Source: Octopus bimaculoides (Eukaryota). From it: 64,000 nt of DNA. The notes below the pieces were generated by a model. That model was not told the origin of the DNA. It did not search any database and saw nothing but the letters and a program-made list of their open reading frames with translations. The position numbers were made by a program, and so were the translations under genes. The stretch is from assembly GCF_001194135.2 (NCBI RefSeq), contig NC_068997.1, forward strand, positions 18,581,354-18,645,353, given 5' to 3'. Positions 54,775 through 64,000 of the stretch are shown one piece after another (the stretch's first letter is position 1; every line of letters begins with the position of its first letter).

Positions 54775-54828
54775 ATTCAGACCAGCTGTTATTTCTTGGA
54801 GGTCAGACCTCCACGAGGAAGTGTTTTC
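54775..54828 (+). CDS. Candidate internal exon (54 nt, or 48 nt from an alternative AG at 54780), product unknown
   Basis: TTTTTTTTAAG| ... TTTTC|GTATGC. Phase-1 reading xSDQLLFLGGQTSTRKCF joins in frame to the 55551 candidate. Confidence 0.3.
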
Positions 54829-55550
54829 GTATGCACGCTAGATGGCATTGTTGTTACTCTTCTTTTTCTTCTTCTTCTTCTTCTTCTTCTTCTTCTTCTT
54901 CTTCTTCTTCTTCTCTCCTCCTCCTCCCTCTTCTTCTTCTTCTTCTTCTTCTTCTTCTTCTTCTTCTTCTTCTTCTTCTTCTTCTTCTTCTTCTTCTTCT
55001 TCTTCTTCGTCTTCTTCTCCACTTCCTTGTTTTTTTCTTCGCTTCTTGCTTAGCTTAATGTCAACTTCGATTAAGCAGACCTATGATAAAGACGTTCTAA
55101 CCGTGAACATCCTGTTCGTCATTGACATAGTCAAACCTAAAAAAAAAATGCTATTGAAATTATAATGTTTGCAGACAATAAAATCTGATTTGAAGGAATT
55201 TTAACTTCTATTTCTCGCAGTTCTAATTAGTACAAACGACTCCCTTCTAGTTTTCGTAATAGCTGTTGATTTTGTAGACACATGTATGGTACTCAATTGT
55301 TATTGCTGCTGCTGTCGTTGAGCACAGTGTGCAAACAGATTAGCTAGTTACTACACGTATATAGTATATGCTATACTGAATGAACAATTCTGGGACGTGT
55401 TATACGCAACGTAGTCTCGGATATATAAACAATATTCAAGATGGAATTTCCAGAAAAATAGGTTAAATCTGCCAACAAATCTTTATCCAACATATCTACA
55501 TAAAGTATTAATCTCTGAAAGCATTTTATATATTTTACTTCTCAACGCAG

Positions 55551-55594
55551 TGTTTGAACGACTCGAGAAGAACGACCCAGACGAGACTATTTAA
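55551..55594 (+). CDS. Candidate terminal coding exon (..FERLEKNDPDETI*), product unknown
   Basis: Strong acceptor TATTTTACTTCTCAACGCAG| followed by TG TTT GAA CGA CTC GAG AAG AAC GAC CCA GAC GAG ACT ATT TAA. Confidence 0.35.
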
Positions 55595-55618
55595 ACTGTT
55601 AGAAACAGCAGTCTAAAA

Positions 55619-55844
55619 GGCGAGCTGGCAGAAACGTTAGCGCGCCAGGTGAGATGCTTAGCGGTATTTTGTCTGCCGCTATGTTCTGAGTTCAAATTCC
55701 GCCGAGGTCGACTTTGCCTTTCATCCTTTCGAGGTCGATTAAATAAGTACCAGTTACGCACTGGCGTCGATATAATCGACTTAATCCGTTTGTCTGTCCT
55801 TGTTTGTCCCCTCTGTGTGTAGCCCCTTGTGGGCAATAAAGAAA
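55619..55844 (+). mobile_element. Full-length, young SINE family 1 insertion with a 20-bp target-site duplication
   Basis: TTAGAAACAGCAGTCTAAAA at 55599-55618 and 55845-55864. A-box-like TGGCAGAAACGTT and B-box GAGTTCAAATTCC are intact. Confidence 0.92.
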
Positions 55845-56435
55845 TTAGAAACAGCAGTCTAAAACTACTTAAAATACCATACTAACATGGAAACGAATAA
55901 GAGGTCTTTGACAGTTTATGTAAAGAAAAAGGAAAAAAGTAGGCACCATGTTTGTAATACCTTCACTTAAGGGGCAATTCAATGATCGTCGACTTGCGAA
56001 TAAACGACGACTACAATAACATAGATACTTCACATAGTATATATAAATATATATAAATATAAATCACTGGTAATTTCTATTCTACTTGCCATGGATTATC
56101 ATCAAACATTCTCCTTTAGAATTGATAATAGACCTGGCCTATAACATTATTATTTATTTGATCATAATGCGAATCTACTTCACTCTGATACTTCTTTCAT
56201 TTCTAACAAACTAGCAAGTGCTAATATCCTCGATTGGTGGGTATGGTCCTTCGTTTTATATTTTTCTGGTTTCTACCTTGCTTATGGAATCCTTACTCAA
56301 TATCATGATCCACATGCTTGGCTAATCTAGACACGGGTATAAGCGACTCTATCTGTGTATATTCTCTGTCCAAAATAAATGTTTTTTTTTTTGAGTGATG
56401 CCAAATATTTTGTTTTTCATTTTACATTTCAACCT

Positions 56436-56540
<105 letters not shown>

Positions 56541-58046
56541 TAGATATATGTATGAATGCATACATGTATGTATGCATGTATATTCCATATTTTTATACTT
56601 TACATACGCGAAGTATACACCTAGTTTTGTATTCATATACATCTCGTCTGCGTCCTATCTTCTGTTTTGCTCTGTATTGTATCGAGGCTTCAGTTCTTCA
56701 TTTCTCCCAATACTTTTGAGCTATTAGCATGTAATTTTATAGATATTTCGCCGCAAATTCTAGTGTTTTTAGATTAGATTGAGTCGCTGTTTGAAGACAA
56801 CAACTAATGTTGCTCTTACAATTCAAATTTGAGGGTAACAAAGAATTCTTAGGTTACTAAGCGTATAGAGAATAGAATGCCAACTCACTTATACGCTATT
56901 TGCTAATTGCTGTAGCTTACGTTTGTGCTACATGACCCTGTCTTCTTAACTTATAATTATAGATCATATACTTAATCGTATATGCCGATGGTTTTATAAG
57001 CACATTTTCCTACCATTCTCAAAAACAATGGTTTTCATCTATATCAGATGCGTATCATGATTGTTATAAAAGGGTGTGCTATAGTGCTCAATATATTTCT
57101 ACCATAAGTATAACTAAAAGATAAAGAACACAATAAGCAAAAGAAACCAAAAAGTTCTCTACTCTATTTCTATGTATAATACGACTTCAACCTGATTTAT
57201 CTATCTTTCAAATGTGCATTATTGGCTTTGAAAATAAATTAGCAGATTATATTATTATGATACTGCAAGAAGAGAATTATTATATAGGAAATTTCACATC
57301 TTTTGAGAGTGCAACGCAGTAATCTAGTCCTTCCCCACCAGATTATTTAGGCTGAAACTACATCAAATGTCTACAAACCTGGTCGTAAAGGAGCAAGTTA
57401 AAAATCTTGTCCATTGTTATTCTCCGTGTTAAGCAACAGCACAAAATATGAGATAAACCCATCCACCCTCATAATCTACAACAAAAATATTATGAAAAAA
57501 AATTAACAAAATCTTCCTGAATCCACATCTTGCCTTGAATAGGGAAACGACACAGACATATTTATTTATATTTATATGTATATATAAGTATATATGCATA
57601 TATATGTATGCATATACACACACATACACACGTATATATAAGGTTTTATATATAAATATATATATATATATATATANNNNNNNNNNNNNNNNNNNNNNNN
57701 NNNNNNNNNNNNNNNNNNNNNNNNNNNNNNNNNNNNNNNNNNNNNNNNNNNNNNNNNNNNNNNNNNNNNNNNNNNNNNNNNNNNNNNNNNNNNNNATATA
57801 TAAAATGTCTCTCATAATACGATTTTTCGTAGAGCGACGACCTGACGATAAGCAAGCGTAAAAGTATCCGCTATATAGATATGTAATAGCTTACACTAGA
57901 GGCAGATAAAACATTTACAGCTCTCATGTCTAAAAGAGTCAAATAGCCACTCGATGAAAAAAGGGATTCATAAAATGTGAACATCACTGGAATAAGATTT
58001 AAATGAGAAAAACCAACTCGCGACCCGGCACAGGGGCTGCATATCT

Positions 58047-58133
<87 letters not shown>

Positions 58134-58348
58134 GTTCCGACCTTCATTTGTGAAAAGCCTATATTGTACCGTCTCTTGATTGCACTAGTAGCTATTCCTG
58201 CATGAAATTCTGTATAACAAATATATATATATATATAACGAATGGTTGCCACGTAGTAGCCTATGTATGTGTGTATATATAATATATATATACATATGTT
58301 TATATATGTATGTATATGTAAATACACACATACTTACATACATACACA

Positions 58349-58392
<44 letters not shown>

Positions 58393-58488
58393 NNNNNNNN
58401 NNACACACACACACACACACATACATATATATTAAATTTGGAACGAAATACAGAAAGAAACGAAGAAAGAAAGAAGAAAGAGATAGAC

Positions 58489-58536
<48 letters not shown>

Positions 58537-59101
58537 TGATAGATAGATAGATAGAAACAAATACAGGAGGGAGTGACTGGAGGTGAGAAACATAACGGCT
58601 GAAAGACACAGCGTGTAGTATCACAATATTTCTTTCCCTAGATTCTCGTCATCAACCCTTATTCATTATACAGCTCTCATCATTCTTTTCTTTTTGTTTT
58701 TTTGTTTGTTTTTTTTTTGTTCTTTTGTCCTTTCCCCATCCTTTCTTTCTTTCAAATGATTTCTTATACATGCTTTCCTTCTAAACCTTCATTACATTTC
58801 GGTCTTTCTTTGTGCTATTTTCTTCGGCTTTCATCCGATCCTGCGTTTTATAAGGTTTTGCACATTCTATTAGTCAAATGCAATTTTCCAAATTCGCAAT
58901 AATGAAAATAGAAAGAACAAACAAAAATGGACATACAGTTGTCTTGGAATAAATCCAATTCCTTTTGTTGTGCAAAATGCAGAAATGGACGATGCTGCAA
59001 AGCTTTACTCCCTCCGCACCTATATTTTTTCTTCCTCTTTTTCTTGTCTCCCCATGTCTCTGACAACATTTCTCTCTCTGTCTTTCTTTCTCTCTCTCTG
59101 T

Positions 59102-59174
<73 letters not shown>

Positions 59175-59787
59175 TCTCTTTACTTTGTCTTCTTCTTTCC
59201 CTTTAAATTATTTCTTCTCACTAACAGCCTTAAAAGTGGCATGTTGCACATAAAAGCAAACCTACCGACAACTGTAACAACAACAACAACAACAACAGCA
59301 ACAACTAAGAGGAAAAAAACAACAACAACAACATAACAACAATATGAATAAGTAGTAAAAACAGCAAAAACAACAACAGCTACAACTACTACAACTACTA
59401 CAAGCAGATAGAAGTATAGAAGGATGGACGTCAACATCAACTATAAAATTAAGCTTTTTGTTGTTATTATTCTTTTTACTTTTTTTTGCTTTTGGTCTTT
59501 CGCTCCCCCTCCTCTCTCTCTCTCTCTATCGTTCGTCTTTTTCTGAAGACAACATTAAAATCCAGGTGAATAACGCCTTGTCAATGTTTCGCCGAAAACC
59601 TGCGACATGAATCAATACGACGTCTTCACAGCGCATCGTTACGTAAAAACAAAACTCGCACCACGGATCTTCTCACAAATATGCATTCACCCACCACACT
59701 TACACACATCTTGTATATGTATGTATGTGTGTGTCTGCGTGTGCGTGTGTTTTTGTGCGTCTGTGCATATATCTATCTATCAATATA

Positions 59788-59830
<43 letters not shown>

Positions 59831-60323
59831 NNNNNNNNNNNNNNNNNNNNNNNNNNNNNNNNNNNNNNNNNNNNNNNNNNNNNNNNNNNNNNNNNNNNNN
59901 NNNNNNNNNNNNNNNNNNNNNNNNNNNNNNNNNNNNNNNNNNNNNNNNNNNNNNNNNNNNNNNNNNNNNNNNNNNNNNNNNNNNNNNNNNNNNNNNNNNN
60001 NNNNNNNNNNNNNNNNNNNNNNNNNNNNNNNNNNNNNNNNNNNNNNNNNNNNNNNNNNNNNNNNNNNNNNNNNNNNNNNNNNNNNNNNNNNNNNNNNNNN
60101 NNNNNNNNNNNNNNNNNNNNNNNNNNNNNNNNNNNNNNNNNNNNNNNNNNNNNNNNNNNNNNNNNNNNNNNNNNNNNNNNNNNNNNNNNNNNNNNNNNNN
60201 NNNNNNNNNNNNNNNNNNNNNNNNNNNNNNNNNNNNNNNNNNNNNNNNNNNNNNNNNNNNNNNNNNNNNNNNNNNNNNNNNNNNNNNNNNNNNNNNNNNN
60301 NNNNNNNNNNNNNNNNNNNNNNN

Positions 60324-60369
<46 letters not shown>

Positions 60370-60529
60370 TACTTACATACGTAACTACGTAGGAGTGCAC
60401 ACAAAAACATTCATTACAACGGAATGAACGTAGTATGGGTTACGTCTGTTTGTAAGAGCAAATTGTCACTATACAATATTTCTTCATATAGCACTAATAC
60501 CAGTACCAGCAACACCACTACCGCCACAA

Positions 60530-60613
60530 CAGCATTCACCATCGCCATTGCCATCGTGGCCATCATCATCACCATCATCATCATCATCATCATCCTCGTC
60601 GTCGTCGTCGTCG

Positions 60614-60661
<48 letters not shown>

Positions 60662-60745
60662 AGAACAACATCATCATCACCATCATCACCGTCGTTAACA
60701 TCATCATCATTATCATCATCACCGTCATCATGATCATGATCATCA
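60530..60745. repeat. (CAT)n/(CGT)n microsatellite
   Basis: Directly visible. Confidence 0.95.
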
Positions 60746-60858
60746 CCAATATATACCTTATCACTGCAGGCTTCTCTTCACTAGAATTACTGCATATCTA
60801 CATATAAAGACAAAGACACACACAGACACAGACATACACACACATATATATAACATTG

Positions 60859-60899
<41 letters not shown>

Positions 60900-61257
60900 C
60901 TTTTTAAGCATTTTGCCAAGCACATGACNNNNNNNNNNATATATATATAACTTTTTAAGCATTTTGCCAAGCACATGACAATTCTGAGGTAACATTAGAA
61001 AGAATTTCATTAGAACCGTATTCCACTTTTTCAAACCAGATTCTTTTGTTTCTATTTGTTAAGGATGGTAGAAATAAGAGCTTTTGAACAACGGTAAACT
61101 ACGAACTGGAAATATACATTCAGGAATGGTTTTTAGATTTGTTTGTCTTCATTAAAGTTTGTTTCATTTTTTCTGAAATATTATATAATTTTCTTTTCTG
61201 CTTATTTGTGGTTTCAAATAAATAAGAAGCTCATTTAGACATCTTCTTCTTTGCGGC

Positions 61258-61370
61258 CTTTTAAAGCCTAGCCAGGTTCATGGGCGCGGCTTCCCGGTTT
61301 TAATAACGTATGTGTTCCCCAGCTGGACGGGACGCCAGTCCATCGCAGCGTAACTCATTTTTGTAGCAAT
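61258..61370 (-). mobile_element. SINE family 3, 3' fragment
   Basis: Minus strand TGCGATGGACTGGCGTCCCGTCCAGCTGGGGAAC..ACCGGGAAGCCGCGCCCATG parallels 44001-44070. Confidence 0.7.
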
Positions 61371-61374
61371 TCAC

Positions 61375-62200
61375 ATGCCCATTGTTATCATCTTGGTGTA
61401 TGTGCATGAAAGTATGCATTATCAATCATATCAATTACCAGGTCGCGCACTATCTGTTACTATGGGATTGCCGTTCTCTTTACTTCAAAGTTCCTTTGTT
61501 GCGGCGTGTTATCCCAAGCCGGCTGAAAGCGGACAGTTGAGAATTCTCATATATTAGATTCCATATTGTTTTTTCCAGCCCACTTATAATATATAGCATC
61601 TAGATCTTTCTGTAGTAGTTTAGCATCGCGAATGTAGCACACTGCTTGTGCTACATTTGTGCTGTTTGCATGGATAGTAAGAATTACTGCCTGTATAACT
61701 GAGGACATATCTGAGATGGTACTACAAACAACAGCGCCCCGAAGACAGTTCCCTGAAGCACTCCATTTGCTATTAATGCTTCCTTCGAGAGGGTTCTATT
61801 GGCTGCTATGGACAAGCTTCTCATTCTAAGAAGCCATATAACCACCTTCTAACTTTTCCAACTACGCCGAGTCTTGTGACATGCCATCCTATGATCAACC
61901 TTGCCATATCGAGATATATAACTTCCATGTTTGAGTGATTTTTAATCTACTTCAGCATCCTGTCACAATACTGCAGAATTTGTGTGGGGTAGTTTCTTTC
62001 TGAGCAGAAGTCATACTGGCGGTGAGGGAGCAAGATATCATTTTCTAGGAATGTGATCAGCTTCTTCCAGGCCTATAATTCTTAGCATTTGCTCCACCTC
62101 CACCTTAATGGATGGACGACACATTATGCTCTCCTTTGAATTTCTGGCAAGCTACCACTTGCAGGGAAAATTTGGAAAAGGATCTCTAGTAGTCTTGCTA
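61375..62200 (-). mobile_element. Heavily decayed CR1-like LINE reverse transcriptase remnant
   Basis: NMEVIYLD...RWLYGFL...NGVLQGTVFGALLFV...KLLQKDLDAIY.KWAGKNNME...RDL (decayed GVPQG..LF and LQ.DLD.I..WA..N.M motifs) across frameshifts. Confidence 0.75.
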
Positions 62201-62629
62201 AGGACACTTTGATTGATTTTGGTTATTGCTTGAAAAACATCAAACGTAAATGAGTCTGAGCCCATTTCGTCAACGGTTGATCAGCTTCTTCTGTCGCGAT
62301 GTAATTGATAATTCGTGTAGAATTGTAGTAACTTGTTCGGCGTATTTATTTGAAAGAGCCGAAACACTTTTGTATTGCATATTCAGTATTTCACTTATCT
62401 TTTTGGAATCCGCAAACCGGGAGCCATTTTGTTCGAAAGTGACCCTGTATCGTATCGCACTGAAGGTGACTCTTTTGAAAATCTATACATGGCTTTAAGG
62501 ATTGTCTTTCAATTTATTCCAGCCCAGGACAAGGAGAAATACAGAGGGGAAACCCTCTCATCGACCATCATGGATATCAGTCTCATCATTGTCTTGGCAT
62601 GTTTAAAATGTAGAAGCATTACTTACACA

Positions 62630-62670
<41 letters not shown>

Positions 62671-62801
62671 TGCGCACAAATTTCAATTGAGGTCCTTACA
62701 TATATCAGTTTTAATATACATATGTGTATATGTACGCACGTGTATGTATACATATACACAAAAACACACACACACTCATACACACACACACACACACACA
62801 T

Positions 62802-62844
<43 letters not shown>

Positions 62845-63945
62845 AACATATATACAAACATATATACATACCTATATACATACATTATTCACGAAAGTGT
62901 TTACTTATTTGTTAACCTACCAACTCTCGTTGTTCCAGTGCCTCCAACCACTTATCGAACTGGCTCTTTCAAAAACTACTACTAGTGCGCCCACGTCAAC
63001 CGATATTACTATAGGCCTCTAGCCAGAACTGCACAAGACCAACCCAACACCAAACTCCAATGACTACGTCTTCAAGGTCAATTTAATCGTGTCCATTTCC
63101 TAAGACGTGAATTGACGCGCGGCTAAGCTGGTGGTAGGGTTTAGACAGAAGAGAAAAGTCATTAATGAAGGTTGAGATTGATGAGCGCCTGTGCGTATAT
63201 GTGTGTGCCTCTTTCTATCTATATGTATATATGTATATATATGTTCTGTTTGTAGATTGTACGCGTATGTGTGAGAATGAGTAAGAGAGTGACTATACTG
63301 TTATATCTTAATTCTAAATCCGGGAAAGTATCAAACTTAGATGAAATGACACTATGCTCGATGCGAACTAACGGCAAGTCTATTTGATCAATACATTTAC
63401 CCAGCAAGCCGGATTAATCCCAAACGCTATTTTCTCTCAGTCGTCGTTAAAATCCCGAACAGCTGGATAAAAGGCTGGAATTTTTATAACGTTAATTACA
63501 GCTTTCTTGCTTTCTTATTGAAATAAATTGATTTTCTAAATCTACCGCCCGACACCCATGAACATAAATAAACAACTACACACAACAGAAACTCACACAA
63601 ATAGAAAAGGCAAATACACACAGAACGACACCAGTGACGCATGTGCATATATATATATATATAAAAATATATATATATATATTGCTTCAAACACAGAAAG
63701 AAATGCTCGAATATACACACGCTTCACAGAAATCAATAATGAATAAAATACCGGCCCATTCTTTCTGCTCAATTCGATTCATTTGTCATGTGAGGTTTAA
63801 GAAATAATAATCTTTAATACATTTTGTTGGTTTTTCTATCTTTTGCTAATGAAAGACCCAATGCAAAGCTTCATTGTTCTACACATAATGCCTGTATGTA
63901 TTTGGCATACATACATACGTATGTATGAGCATTTACAATTATATT

Positions 63946-64000
<55 letters not shown>

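Noticed and set aside
55619-55710. tRNA-like A/B boxes here and in other SINE heads
   Set aside because: These are SINE heads continuing into SINE bodies; no cloverleaf, so not tRNA genes.
57840-57875. CTGACGA...AAAAGTATCC hammerhead-like string
   Set aside because: No GAAA box and no convincing stem II.
60890-60978. Direct repeat ATATATATAACTTTTTAAGCATTTTGCCAAGCACATGAC on both sides of a 10-N gap
   Set aside because: Identical sequence flanking a placeholder gap is a typical unmerged contig overlap.
62375-62620. Complex N-terminal part of the 215-aa plus ORF
   Set aside because: No motif or splice signals; it runs into microsatellite and is likely a chance open frame or decayed TE.

Overview
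AT-rich eukaryotic DNA, saturated with microsatellites and carrying about 5.4 kb of N gaps, nearly all next to simple repeats. The repeat families and microsatellite load strongly resemble an Octopus (coleoid cephalopod) draft scaffold; this is inference from recognising repeat families, not a database search. Almost every ORF in the supplied track is a microsatellite or N artefact. The recognisable protein-coding remnants are all transposon relics: eight Dong/R4-like non-LTR 3' fragments, one Tx1/L1 3' end, one Penelope GIY-YIG 3' end, one RTE RT remnant, one CR1 RT remnant and two mariner relics. Three tRNA-derived SINE families give about 20 copies. No host gene could be identified; a few short splice-site-bounded + strand segments (19.3, 29.6, 48.1, 54.8, 55.6 kb) are unverified exon candidates. 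The most notable structures are: a near-canonical type I hammerhead ribozyme just 3' of the Penelope ORF; repeated R4(-)/(ATT)n/SINE(+) junctions on shared microsatellites; two inverted R4 copies with almost the same 5' truncation point; a 129-bp-arm fold-back element; an old local tandem duplication (about 1.6-3.3 kb vs 6.0-9.0 kb); and a young SINE with a perfect 20-bp TSD. No CRISPR, rRNA or true tRNA genes were seen.
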